A stretch of DNA of 64,000 nucleotides, taken from Octopus vulgaris. Taxonomy: Eukaryota. Made by a program: the position numbers and the translations under genes. The stretch covers positions 97,898,001 to 97,962,000 of the forward strand of contig OX597819.1 in NCBI GenBank assembly GCA_951406725.2, given 5' to 3'. The notes under the pieces were generated by a model, which was not told where the DNA came from, did not search any database, and saw only the letters and a list, made by a program, of their open reading frames with translations. Shown here in pieces: positions 1 through 13,344 of this stretch; the stretch's first letter is position 1; each line of letters begins with the position of its first letter.

Positions 1-129
1 TATCGTTCTGTGGGACAGGGACCAGAAGTCATGCACTGCTACCCAGCAGATGTGAGTGTACCATTAAACTATAAATTTATAAATTCATAAATTTATACAT
101 CTATATATATTTATATAAATTTATATGTC

Positions 130-810
130 CTAGCAGACAAAGTATGAAACTGTAATTTTAAATGTAAGTATACTAATGGCTTGCTAAAGATATAACTGGC
201 GCAAGTTTTGTGACAATTTCAATGGATGCTTCAAACCGAAAATCTGTTGAAATGAGACCTTCCCTTATTCAATAGTACATTCCTGTTCAATGAGGCAGCT
301 GAGATCTTGATTAGTGACTTAATTATTGGCGATCATGGGTTGATGGATTTTGTAGAAAAGGCAACAGCATAAGCTTTTGGTGATGCAAAATGAAAAATCT
401 AGAACAGCATTTGACCAATTAATGACCAAATCTGGAAAGTATCTTGTTGGCATTGGCTGGAGTGCATATGTTTCGAAGCAGTTGTTGAGGTATTGCCAAA
501 TCTTATAGTAAATTATTGTGAAAATTGTGAAATATTTTGAAATATTTTCACAATATTTGCATGCAACGCAGCTGAAAGAATATTACTTACATTTTTGCTG
601 GCTTGACATCCCACTTTTGTGCCCAAGAGCACTGCCCAGAAGTGAAAACATAATTGTTTGGAAAGGATTTTGGAGGAATGTATTTATGGCTTTTATTTTT
701 GGGCAGCTCCGTCTGTTCAACAAATCGATTGTGGACTTGAAGAAGGATAACGCCAAAACAGCCGTATTCAAAGTGAAAATGCAAAATTTATTTACAAATA
801 TAGATTAACG
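130..810 (+). pseudogene. Degraded hAT-superfamily DNA transposase fragment
   Basis: Frame-shifted translation gives LLKDITGASFVTISMDASNRKSV, KYLVGIGWSAYV, IIVKIVKYF...QLKEY and FIFGQLRLFNKSI. These resemble hAT-type DASN and GIGCxxH motifs. Several stops and frameshifts. Confidence 0.6.
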
Positions 811-1402
811 GTTTTGGCGAGAAAAGTTGATTGTGTGTGTGTGTGTGTGTGTGTAGGATCGGAACTGATGATTGACAGAGAAGTGATTTAAGAGACATTT
901 AGTAGTGCTTAACAATATTTACCAGAGTTTGTCTCAATAATTCGGGAACTAAGGTAAAATGTGTGCTCCGCCGAGAATGGCAAACAGTACCGAAACTGTC
1001 CGAAACTGTCTCCTGTACTTGCTGAAGTGATTAAAATAACATTAGCCATTGCGATAGTGTTGTCTTTTCTTCATCACATAAATAATTCTGCTTAGGTAAT
1101 GAATATAATGTAATTCATGCTTATTAGATTATACAGTAAATGTTAACACTAAGTTCTTGTAACGATAGTCTGAATAGGGTCAAATAATACACACAATGTA
1201 CATGAATGAATACGTATACACAAACACGCACTTAACACACACACACAAACTAATTATATATATATACGAAATATACGCATGGTTATATATAAGTACATGC
1301 ATATACACATTTTCACATGCGCAAATGTGTTTGTGTGTGTGTGTGTGTGTGTGCGTGTGCGTGCGTGTGTACATTTAACTATAGTGATGAGGATGATGAT
1401 GA

Positions 1403-1460
<58 letters not shown>

Positions 1461-1462
<2 letters not shown>

Positions 1463-1664
1463 CTTTATTGCCCACAGGGGGCTAAACATAGAGGAGACGA
1501 ACAAGGACTGACAAAGTGATTAAGTGGATTACATCGACCCCAGTGCGTAACTGGTACTTATTTAATCGACCCCGAAAGGCTGAGCGGCAAAGTCGACCTC
1601 GGTGGAATTTGAACTCAGACGAAATAGCGCTAAGCATTTCGCCCGGCGTGCTAACGATTCTGCC
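1461..1664 (-). mobile_element. tRNA-derived SINE, family B (ggcggcgagctggcagaatcgttagcacgccgggcgaaatg head)
   Basis: Head and body (gactttgcc...ctttcggggtcgat...aataagtaccag) match copies at 25551 and 57246. Tail ends gcccc-tgtgggcaataaag. Confidence 0.85.
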
Positions 1665-1863
1665 CTATGTATGTATGTATGTATGTATGTATGTATGTAT
1701 GTATGTATGTATGTATGTATGTATCTATGTATGTATAATGTAGGTGAGAAAAGCAACTCGATTAGCCACAAAAAGTACTTATCTTAATAAGTTGACGAAA
1801 GCGGGGTAGCGAGAACGCTACGTACCATAGTGGGATAAGCTCAGAAATGAAGAAGCAGATATA

Positions 1864-1919
1864 TCCATATCACGTGATTTCGAACTCTAATGCGGTGCAT
1901 CTCAGTTCTCGTCAGTGGA
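1864..1919 (-). ncRNA. Minimal type I hammerhead ribozyme motif (canonical core)
   Basis: Minus strand reads TCCA-CTGACGA-GAAC...GTTC-GAA-ATCACGTGAT-A-TGGA: stem I TCCA/TGGA, palindromic stem III, AUA triplet. Confidence 0.7.
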
Positions 1920-2198
1920 ATTTACTGCGGCTCGGGTTAAGCTTAACTCGCTTGGTCAACTCAAAGAAAGGATAAGTGCTTTTTGTGGCTAATTGAGTCG
2001 TTTTTTATTGTTGCTTCTAGCAATGTTGGTAGTGTTTTGTTCCCTTGTTAATAAATTTTCCTGTAGGTTTTAATTGCTAATGGGCCACCTATATTATTTA
2101 TTGAATACACTTCCACCATTTTGAAATAACGTACACATTCAACGGTTTTTTCTTTGACTTGACGATGCGAATTATATTTAACCCTAGGCGCAGTAAGA

Positions 2199-2254
2199 TC
2201 CACTGACGTGATCTGAGACGCATCGCATCAGAATTCGAAATTACGTGATATTGA
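2199..2254 (+). ncRNA. Degenerate hammerhead motif (paralog of 1864-1919)
   Basis: TCCA-CTGACGT-GATCTGA...TCAGAATTC-GAAATTACGTGATA-TTGA. A9 is mutated and stem I is mismatched. Confidence 0.45.
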
Positions 2255-2426
2255 TATATCCTACTTAACTTTTGAGTCTGTCTCACTAAGGTACGTAGCT
2301 TTTTCGCTCTCTCTCTCTCTCTCTCTCTTCGTCAACTTATTAAGATAAGTACTTTTTGTAATTGAGTCATCTTTGACTCTTGTTTCTAGCAATGCTGGTG
2401 TAATTTTGTACCCTTATTTATAAATT

Positions 2427-2503
<77 letters not shown>

Positions 2504-2788
2504 CGACAACATAATGATTAATTGTTAGAATAACGTTCAATGATATTAATTGAAGTATTAATCTGATGCTAAACAAACATTTTAAATTACCTATACAGTA
2601 ATTAGTATAAATTAATGACTAATTTGATCATTTCTAATACTGAAGTCAATATATGTTCACATACATACACACACTTCGGTTTGCACATTTGAAACAGCAT
2701 TAAATTAAAATCGCCATCTGTTTATCGTACACATTATGTAGATGCAAATATACATAAATACATACACACATACGTAAATGAATGTATT

Positions 2789-2845
<57 letters not shown>

Positions 2846-2966
2846 TTATATATATCATTCTTTTACCTGTTTCAGTAATTTAACAGTGGCCACGTGGGCG
2901 CACCACCTTTAAGGGTTTTAGTCGAGCAATCGGCTCCAGCACATAATTTTCAAACCCGGTACTGAT

Positions 2967-3438
2967 ACTCTTTACTTGTTTCAGTCATTTGACTGCAGCC
3001 ATGCTGGAGCACCGCCTTTAGTCGAGCAAATTGACCCCAGGACTTATTCTTTGTAAGCCTAGTACTTATTCTATCGGTCTCTTTTGCCGAACCGCTATGT
3101 TACGGGGACGTAAACGCGCCAGCATCGGTTGTCAAGCGATGTTGGGGGACAAAAGAGACACACAAACACAGACATACACACACACACAAACACACACACA
3201 CGCACACACATACACACAGACACGCAAACACACATACACACACACACACATACACATATATATGTACATATATACGACGGGCTTCTTTCAGTTTCCGTCT
3301 ACCAGATCCACTCACAAGGCTTTGGTCGGCTCGAGGCTATAGTAGAAGACATTTGCCCAAGATGCCACGCAATGGGACTGAACCCGGAACCAGATGGCTC
3401 GTAAGTAAGCTACTTACCACACAGCCACTCCTGCGCCT
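2967..3438 (-). mobile_element. tRNA-derived SINE, family A (internal microsatellite, CR1/L2-like tail)
   Basis: Minus-strand head aggcgcaggagtggctgtgtggtaagtagc...ggttcagtccca with Pol III A/B-box-like motifs, CORE-like cttgggcaa, tail ccagcatggc-gcagtcaaatgactgaaacaag. More than 15 copies in the window. Confidence 0.9.
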
Positions 3439-3570
3439 ATTAAAAATAGGGAACGCTTCACGAATTTGCGTGTCATTCTATCGGACTCTAGATTACAGCG
3501 ACGTGATGACATCAATACTGGTCATCAAGCGGTGATGGGGTTGACAAACACAAATACAACACACATACAC

Positions 3571-3658
<88 letters not shown>

Positions 3659-3772
3659 TAGGCTTCTTTCAATTTCCGCTTACCAAATCCACTGATAATG
3701 CCCGAGGCTATAGTAGAAAACACTTGCCACCCGGAACCATGTGATTCTTACCACACAGCAACTGCTGCGTAT

Positions 3773-3816
<44 letters not shown>

Positions 3817-3861
3817 GCATATACATATACATATACATATATGTGTTTGTGTGTGTATTTG

Positions 3862-3929
<68 letters not shown>

Positions 3930-3980
3930 GATACTTCAGGTTTAAAACAATTCGTAACGCACTGGCTGCCTTTTGGTTTA

Positions 3981-3988
3981 TATTATTA

Positions 3989-4029
<41 letters not shown>

Positions 4030-5060
4030 GAGTGAGAGAGCAGTGCATGCCATCAAAGTGACACTCGGGTAGTATATATGGAGCTCGGTATACCCTTCTG
4101 ATAGGGATACACTAGGCACATGCATCACAACTATATGTACACGACATGGTGATCTCATATCAAGATAAACGACAAATGACCTTGCAGGTGAGGCCCAGTT
4201 AGAATTTTCTTCAGGTTAAGTAGCCCATCTCGCTCGAAAGGTCCCTGATTAAGGGTTGCTTATGGATGTTCAACAAAACACCAAAATTTCGAGAGGTGAA
4301 TTATTCAAACCCCAAAGATTTCCTTTCAACACATACGGCTATGATGCTCCACCACTATAATGCTCGTGATCAGAGATGCACATATCGTCAGCCACCAAGG
4401 GACATGCTCAACTGGTTAAGGTCTGAACTTGTATAAATCTGAACTTGTAACCTGTATAAAGTAGCTGCAGATTTCTCAATAATTCAGCGTAGGTGTTATC
4501 TTTTTCACTGATCTTCACCTTTATGTTAACATCTACTTGGTAACTAATTTCCACAACTCTACACAGCTTCTCTCCTCCATCCCAAATCAGCTCTGTTGTG
4601 CTTACATTTTATTAAGATCTTCACTAAGACATTCCGCCAGTGTTCCTTTTTATTATGCGTGTCTATGGTTTCTACCATACTGTGGGTTCTTATTTCTTTG
4701 TCCTCTGGGTTATCCTCCCGACGGATTTCATTATGAGTGTCCTAGCTACAACATCATGTCTTATCAGCAGATAATACCGTGATGACATTTTCGGGCAACT
4801 GCTTATAATGTGGGTGATATTTTCGGTGTGAACTCCACAAAGTCTGCATCGGTTGTCACATTTTACGGCTTTTCCTACATCTCTATCCCTTTTGTGCATC
4901 AAGTACTTTGTTGATATTTCCCGTTCCTGGATTTCAAACGCATACCCTTCAAAGTGGGAGGTAGTAATCCGGCTATTGGTCCATGATAAACTGCTTTGAT
5001 GATCGATGTTACTATCATTTCGGAGCTTTCAACTAACGTATTCTTTCATAGACTTCTGTT
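3981..5060 (-). mobile_element. 3' end of an R4/Dong-like non-LTR retrotransposon with (AAT)n tail
   Basis: Translation gives EGYAFEIQEREISTKYL, CCHC knuckle CRLCGVHTENITHIISSC and RHDVVA, typical of restriction-like-endonuclease LINEs. The 3' UTR runs into (TAA)n. Confidence 0.75.
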
Positions 5061-5089
5061 GTATGTATGTGTGTGTGTCATTATTCTTT

Positions 5090-5468
5090 TATTCTTTTAT
5101 TTGTTTCAGTCAATTGACTGCAGCTATGCTGGAGCATCGCCTTTAGTCGAGCAAATCGAGCCCAGGACTTATTCTTTGTAAGCCTAGTACTTATTCTATC
5201 GGTCTCTCTAGCCGAACCGCTAAGTGACGGGGACGTAAACACTTCAGCATCGGTTGTCAAGCGATGTTGGGGGGACAAACACAGACACACAAACATATAC
5301 ATATATACGACGGGCTTCTTTCCGTTTCCGTCTACCAAATTCACTCACAAGGCTTTGGTCGGCCCGTGGCTATAGTGGAAGACACTTGCCCAAAGTGCCA
5401 CACAGTGGGACTGAACCCGGAACCATGTGGTTGGTAAGCAAGCTACTTACCACACAACCACTCCTACG
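5090..5468 (-). mobile_element. SINE family A copy
   Basis: High similarity to 2967-3438 and 30151-30570. Confidence 0.9.
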
Positions 5469-5745
5469 CTTGTTCAGTTTCATTTCAAAATTTCTTGCCA
5501 ATTGAGAAAGCGCCGGTTTCTAACCTAGATTCAAGGTCCCTTCATTGGGATTTCAACATCAATAACAAGGTATGTATGTATGTATGTATGTATGTATGTA
5601 TGTATGTATGTATGTATGTATGTATGTATGTATGTATGTATGTATGTATGTATGCCGTTGTTCAGTTTTATTTCAAGATTTCTTGCCAATAGAATAAGAA
5701 CCCGTTTGTAAACTATATCCATGGCGTCTTCATTGGAATTTCAAC

Positions 5746-5776
<31 letters not shown>

Positions 5777-6518
5777 TGTATGTATGCATGCGTATCTGTG
5801 TGTGTACTTGCGCTTGAAGCTCCGGTCACACTAGTTAAACATGTGAAACATGTTAAAACGGCCTGAGCACGGTGCTAGAAATGTTAGTAATCGGTAGAGT
5901 GGAACCGCCTGGAACGGTCTGGTTGTCGGCAGAATGGGAATGGTGAGAGACAGGATTCTTATAGAGACAGAGCAAGTATTGAAGAGAGGCAGAACTGTAA
6001 TATGTTGGAGGTTAGAATCTGTGTGGCAAGAAATCACACCCCCTCACACACACAAACACGCGCGCACACACATACACACATACACAAATACACACGTATA
6101 TCCTTTAAGAGAAATAATTCAGTGACCAGTGGCGTGAATTAAGGCAAAAAAAATGTCGAAGAGATTTATATTAAATCTTATCTTCACTTTAAGACAAGAT
6201 AAATTAACACCTGGCGGCGGCTATTGTGACCAATCGCGATTAAGATAATCTGAAAGCATCGTCAGGTTTTCGTAATTAACCAACCCCTCCCCCACCCTTC
6301 ACTGAAAGAAAGAAAAATAGGATAGTTAACGGAAACACAGCAAGAAATTCTCTTTCTTTCTTACTTGTTTCAGTCATTTGACCACGGCCATGCTGGAGTA
6401 GCACATTTAGTCGAGCAAATCGACCTTAGGACTTATTCTTTGGAAGCCTAGTACTTATTCCGTCAAGCGATGCTGGGGGACAAACATATACACACACATA
6501 CATACATACATACATACA

Positions 6519-6569
<51 letters not shown>

Positions 6570-6642
6570 GTAGGTCCCAGGTTGATTCGGGGTTAACCAC
6601 AGTAAGTAAGGTACTCAATACATAGCAGAGTAAAATTAATTT

Positions 6643-6730
6643 ATTATATAGAAGGAGCTTCTACAGGACTAGTACTGTTTCATTCATAGAAGCTAAGATT
6701 TCTCTTGAATAAACAGTATATCCTGTATCC

Positions 6731-6738
<8 letters not shown>
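6643..6738. repeat. Degenerate fold-back element next to (TA)n
   Basis: tatagaagga..tacagga..tactgttt..cattca mirrored by tgaataaacagta..tcctgta..tccttctata. Confidence 0.5.
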
Positions 6739-6810
<72 letters not shown>

Positions 6811-7234
6811 GAGATACGCATTGTTGAAGTTTTGTGGTACACATAATTCCAAGAACACATACTTAAATTTTAGGTATCTCCAATGAAAAGTGGATGTATT
6901 TGCACTCTCAAAAAGGCTGTCTCGTGTTATAAACCCTGTTATTGGGGTTAAATAATATTCTGAGATGGTGAAATTTTGGAAATCGTCCTTATTTAGTACT
7001 TAATAGTTATGTTGTTATTTTCATTGAAATGGGAGGTATGTGAAATTTCACAGGGTGTGTTTGCCTCACCCACTTTAAGCCCCCTAATCCAATGGAAAGT
7101 AAATTTCATGTAGCTCATGGTTTTTCTCGTAAAATTTTACATGAGAACACATACTATGTTTTCATGTATCTTCTATTTCCTTTCGTCCTATAGATGTGCA
7201 GACACACAGACGTTGAGCTTTATTACATAGATGT

Positions 7235-8605
7235 AAGTGACCTACTTGAGGGTTGTACTGTGAGAAAAGAATGGAGAGCAGTGGTTCAGTAGTATTGAAT
7301 AAATAGATCAGTGGATATTTAATTCTTGAGATAATAAGTCTTAATTGGCTCCAACTATTTCGCATGTGTAAGTTATTTCATGGCGGAGACATTGTTGTGT
7401 ATTTAGACAATGGAGGTATGTTGATAGTATTGGTTTCAAGTTTTTGGCACAAGGCCAGCAACATGTTGATAATATTAATGATAACATTAAGACGGCGAGC
7501 TGGAAGAATCGTTTGCAAAACCGGGCAAAATGCTGAAGGGTATTTCGCTGTCTTTACGTTCTGAGTTTAAATTCCGCCGAGGTCAACTTTGCCCTTTCAT
7601 TCTTCCGGGCTCGGTAAAATAATTACCAGTTGAACACTGGGTTCGATGTTGCTGTCCTTTTGCCAGCAAAGATTCAAAGGATTCAAGAGTTCAAATACCG
7701 CCGAGGTCAACTTTGCCGTTCACCCTTTCGGAGTCGACTTTGCCTTTCATCCTTTCGGGGTCGGTAAAATAATTACCAGTTGAGAACTGGTGTCGATGTA
7801 ATCGACTTATCCTCACCCCGATATTGCTGTCCTTGTCCCCAAAAATTTGAAATCAATATTAGCATTTAGATGAAGGCGGAGATCTGACAGAATCGTTAGC
7901 ACGTTGGGCAAAGTGCTTTGTGACATTTTTTTCCGTCATTACGTTCTGGGTTCAAATACCGCCGGGGTCGACATTGGCTTTCATCCTTTTGGGAGTCGAT
8001 AAAATAATCTCCAGTCGAGAACTGGTATCGAATGTAATCGACTTATCCCCCTCCGGAAATTGCTGGCCAAATTGTACCAAATTTGAAACCATTATTGTTG
8101 ATAAGCTGAAGGAGCTAAAAGGTCAGTGATGGAGAGATAACGGCTGGGTTTTGAGGTAAAGAGAAAAAGAGATAAATTCAGAAATCAGTTGGTCACGCAG
8201 ACATAGGTCTCAAGACTGATGCAGAATGACTGTCCAAGATGACAGACACACTGACCTCTGTACTCTCGACGTTGATGTGAGATGAGTGCAAGCGCCAAGA
8301 TTTGGCTGGATTTAATGATAACCGAGAGAGATGAGCTAAGATTTGATGGAGATGGGTAGAAAAGAGACATAAAACTGGCAACTGGTTTTGAGTGGAGTAA
8401 CTAGCAATCGTTAGGTACGACGGTATTGACATCCAGACAGAGAGTGGGGGGGAGGAGGGAATAATGAAAGGGGGATATAGAAATGAAAGGGAAAGGGAGA
8501 AGGAGGGAGAGAAGACTGAGGAAATGGGAGAGAAGGAAGAGGAGTGTGTATACAGAGGCAATTGTACTGCAATTAAGTGTCTATACAGACAACCGTACTG
8601 CTATA

Positions 8606-8643
<38 letters not shown>

Positions 8644-8831
8644 CTCTTTTACTTGTTTCAGTCATTTGACTGTGGTCATGCTGGAGCACCGCCTTTTAGT
8701 CAAGCAAATCGACCCCAGGACTTATTCTTTGTAAGCCTAGTACTTATTCTATCCGTTTCTTTCGCCAAACCGCTAAGTTACGGGGACGTAAACACGCCAG
8801 CATCGGTTGTCAAGCGATGGTGGAGGCACAT

Positions 8832-8877
<46 letters not shown>

Positions 8878-8998
8878 TTTAATAATAATATATATATTAA
8901 ATTAATTAATTAATAATTATTAATTTTACCAAGTTAAAAAACCTTTTATAGGTGAATTATACAAAATATTCTTTAATTGTATATATATATATATTGAA

Positions 8999-9037
<39 letters not shown>

Positions 9038-10466
9038 TCCGTTTAGTAGGTTTGGAGATGATGTACAGGTATTATATATTAGAATAAAGTGACCTACTTG
9101 AGGGTTGTACTGTGAGAAAAGAATGGAGAGCAGTGGTTCAGTAGTATTGAATAAATAGATCAGTGGATATTTAATTCTTGAGATAATAAGTCTTAAATTG
9201 GCTCCAACTATTTCGCTGATTTCATGTGTAAGTTATTTCATGGCGGAGACATTGTTGTGTATTTAGACAATGGAGGTATGTTGATAGTATTGGTTTCAAG
9301 TTTTTACAAGGCCAGCAACATGTTGATAATATTAATGATAACATTAAGACGGCGAGCTGGAAGAATCGTTTGCAAAACCGGGCAAAATGCTGAAGGGTAT
9401 TTCGCTGTCTTTACGTTCTATGTGTAAATTCCGCAGGTCAACTTTGCCCTTTCATTCTTCCGGGCTCGGTAAAATAATTACCAGTTGAACACTGGGTTCG
9501 ATGTTGCTGTCCTTTGCCATAAAGATACTCAAAGGATTCAAGAGTTCAAATAACAGCCGAGGTCAACTTTGCCGTTCACCCTTTCGATCGACTTGTATCC
9601 TTTCATCCTTTCGTATAGAAGTGTCGGCTAAAATAATTACCAGTTGAGAACTGGTGTCGATGTAATCGACTTATCCTCACCCGATATTGCTGTCCTTGTC
9701 CCCAAAAATTTGAAATCAATATTAGCATTTAGATGAAGGCGGAGATCTGACAGAATCGTTAGCACGTTGGGCAAAGTGCTTTGTGACATTTTTTCCGTCA
9801 TTACGTTCTGGGTTCAAATACCGCCGGGGTCGACATTGGCTTTCATCCTTTTGGGAGTCGATAAAATAATCTCCAGTCGAGAACTGGTATCGAATGTAAT
9901 CGACTTATCCCCCTCCGGAAATTGCTGGCCAAATTGTACCAAATTTGAAACCATTATTGTTGATAAGCTGAAGGAGCTAAAAGGTCAGTGATGGAGAGAT
10001 AACGGCTGGGTTTTGAGGTAAAGAGAAAAAGAGATAAATTCAGAAATCAGTTGGTCACGCAGACATAGGTCTCAAGACTGATGCAGAATGACTGTCCAAG
10101 ATGACAGACACACTGACCTCTGTACTCTCGACGTTGATGTGAGATGAGTGCAAGCGCCAAGATTTGGCTGGATTTAATGATAACCGAGAGAGATGAGCTA
10201 AGATTTGATGGAGATGGGTAGAAAAGAGACATAAAACTGGCAACTGGTTTTGAGTGGAGTAACTAGCAATCGTTAGGTACGACGGTATTGACATCCAGAC
10301 AGAGAGTGGGGGGAGGAGGGAATAATGAAAGGGGGATATAGAAATGAAAGGGAAAGGGAGAAGGAGGGAGAGAAGACTGAGGAAATGGGAGAGAAGGAAG
10401 AGGAGTGTGTATACAGAGGCAATTGTACTGCAATTAAGTGTCTATACAGACAACCGTACTGCTATA

Positions 10467-10514
<48 letters not shown>

Positions 10515-10702
10515 CTCTTTTACTTGTTTCAGTCATTTGACTGTGGTCATGCTGGAGCACCGCCTTTTAGTCAAGCAAATCGACCCCAGGACTTATTCTT
10601 TGTAAGCCTAGTACTTATTCTATCCGTTTCTTTCGCCAAACCGCTAAGTTACGGGGACGTAAACACGCCAGCATCGGTTGTCAAGCGATGGTGGAGGCAC
10701 AA

Positions 10703-10745
<43 letters not shown>

Positions 10746-10847
10746 ATTTTAATAATAATATGGGGTTAAATTAATTAATTAATAATTATTAATTTTACCA
10801 AGTTAAAAAACCTTTTTAGGTGAATTATACAAAATATTCTTTAATTG

Positions 10848-10906
<59 letters not shown>

Positions 10907-10949
10907 GTAGGTTTGGAGATGATGTACAGGTATTATATATTAGAATAAA
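7235..10949 (+). repeat. Tandem direct duplication, unit about 1.85 kb (7235-9088 and 9087-10949)
   Basis: Both units start aagtgacctacttgagggttg and end tattatatattagaataaa. Near-identical, with scattered small indels. Confidence 0.9.
7490..8097 (+). mobile_element. Tandem cluster of SINE family B copies (duplicated at about 9350-9960)
   Basis: Repeated ggcgagctgg..aatcgtt, gagttcaaat.ccgccgaggtcaactttgcc and ataattaccagttga modules. Confidence 0.8.
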
Positions 10950-11207
10950 TGAGGTACTCAGAAATCCGGATGGTTTTATATTTACAGATATTTATTAGTA
11001 TGTTACATGTTTTTATACATCATATATCATATATCATATACCAGCGCTTTCGTCCATTCTATTGGAGTCTTCAAGACTCCACTAGAATGGACGAAAGCGC
11101 TGATATATGATATATGATAAATGATGTATAAACACATGTAACATACTAATAAATATCTGTAAATATAAAACCATCCGGATTTTTGAGTACCTCATTTCTT
11201 CTAATAT
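10936..11207. repeat. Near-perfect 270-bp palindrome flanked by TA/TG microsatellites
   Basis: Arms mirror each other (gaggtactca..aaatccggatggttttatatttacagatatttattagtatgttacatg / reverse complement). Apex ggagtcttcaagactcc near 11070. Confidence 0.9.
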
Positions 11208-11218
11208 ATATATATATA

Positions 11219-12238
11219 CTAGCATTAAAGACCCGTCGTTGCCGGGTCATAGTGCTAGTGCATGTATATATGTGTATATATATGTGTACATATTACATGT
11301 ACATCTATATATATACATCTACACATAAAATACAAAATACAAAGTTATAACTTGATATCGCTAGTGATAACGATACTCAAAATATATAACAGACTGGAAT
11401 TGTTAGCCCGTCTCTTGTAATTTCGATCAATTGTATCTTGTCCTCCCTCTTGTATAGAAGTGTGGCTACAATCCAGCCTACCTCTACTTCAGGGGGGGGG
11501 GGGCATTAAAATTTTTTTTCTGGGACGTCCTACGTCCCATATATATAAAATTAAAAATAAAATATTTCCAATTTGCAAGTTCGAGTCGAGTACTCCCTTG
11601 CACGCTCCGTTGACTCGAACCTTGCTTCTATTGTGGCGAATTTACCGCCTCTGATTAGATACCTTTCATAGTCGCACTAAGACACTTTTCGAAGGTGCTT
11701 TCCTCCACGTGTTCAAATCTTCTTTTTCTCTACATTGTATACTTTATAGACAATAGTCTTTTCTTTAATTTAATTTTTTATTATCCATCTGGACTATTCC
11801 ATTTCTGCACGCTAATTTTATTTTTAATTTATTCCCATTCATGTGAAACCACTTATTCAAGTTCAAGTCATTGATGCAATTTTATACCAATTGCTATTTT
11901 TACTTTTGTTATGTTACGATTATATTATACTTTAGTTTGATTTTACTTATTACTTACTACATATAATTCAATTGTTATTATTATTTTTATTGTTAAAGTG
12001 AAAGTATCTGACATAAAATAGAGAAACGTTTTTGTTTCACTTTTAACACGTAATACTGAAATAGTGGAGAATATATGATATTGCTGTGGGCTCGCCCTAG
12101 GCAAAAAGTTGAACATTTTTTTTTGCCGATGACACTCCCCGGCATTTGTAAAATTTGAATGAAATTGGTTGTGTAGTTCTCAAGTTTTAGGGAAACACAC
12201 AGACAGACAGACACACATTCTCAGTTTTATATATATAA

Positions 12239-12241
<3 letters not shown>
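11219..12241 (-). mobile_element. Non-autonomous Helitron
   Basis: Minus strand starts TC(TTTATATATATAAAACTGAG). It ends with hairpin GACCCG-gcaacga-CGGGTC just before CTAG and sits between A and T inside (TA)n, the canonical Helitron termini. Confidence 0.8.
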
Positions 12242-12302
<61 letters not shown>

Positions 12303-12811
12303 TACTGCTATATGATACACCTACTATAAACACAGAGAACTGTAGTGATGTGCGATACAGTTCATTGACAGCGACAACGAATTAAATAAAATATTGCCTG
12401 TTCATGCTATATGCATTCGATATTGTAAGGAAAGAAAAAATAACGAACAACCGAACTGTCGGCTTTCGTATTTTGAATCGCCTACCTAAAGCTTATAACA
12501 TGATATAATGTAAGAAAAATATACTAAATGTACGTTCGCTTCTGATTTACACATTTACATACATTTGCTTCTAACAAATATGAATACACTCATGAATATA
12601 TTCATATACAATATGCTTTCATATATTCTTGTTTGTAATGTATACAGGTCGAAATATTGGGTAGAATTATTATCGTTGTTTGTGCTCATAAATAATTGTA
12701 TATCAATATATATCAATATATCAATATTTCAGGCGGCGAGCTGGCAAAAACGTTAGCACGCCGGGCGAAATGCGTAGCCGTATTTCGTCTGCCGTTACGT
12801 TCTGAGTTCAA

Positions 12812-13310
12812 AGTCGTGTTAGTTGTACAGAACTTTCTTGGAAATCATAGAGTTGAAAACTATGCTGATTTAATAAACAACACGCTAACAGCGTATGAAA
12901 GAACGGGACGCCGAATGTCCCTTAAAATGCACTTCTTGCATTCTCATCTTGATTTTTTTCTAATAAATCTTGGTAGCGTTAGTGATGAGCATGGAAAGAG
13001 AGGTTCCACCAGGACATATCTGAAATGGAAACGAGGTATCAAGGTCGGTTCAATCCACACATGGTTCCTACAACGGGAGACCAGCACGACGCATAAGCAC
13101 AAGAGCAAGTATCTCAAACATTTCTGAGCATATCAAAAATAAAGTAAGTATATACTATGTACCATTATATTATAATACATTTGCCTTGAACATAAATATA
13201 CTATATACAGTACTAATATACTATTATCATAATTATGCGCATAACTCAAAATCTTGATGTGCAATTCTGAGTTCAGATTCGTAATCAGCGTACTCGATTT
13301 AGTCTAGTAC
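12812..13310 (+). mobile_element. Chapaev3-like (CMC superfamily) transposase C-terminal fragment, preceded by a SINE B head at 12731-12811
   Basis: NFLGNHRVENY...MSLKMHFLHSHLDFF..NLGSVSDEHG, continuing after a frameshift as FHQDISEMETRYQGRFNP. Family assignment is from recalled motif similarity. Confidence 0.7.
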
Positions 13311-13344
13311 GGCACCATTTGTCTGGGTAGCAGGCAATTATTAT

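Larger units (their letters stand above)
1755..2430. mobile_element. Penelope-type pLTR-like non-autonomous element with inverted and direct repeats
   Basis: 1755-1970 is a diverged inverted copy of 2150-2368. 1971-2060 is a direct copy of 2345-2430. Each inverted arm carries an HHR motif. Confidence 0.65.
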
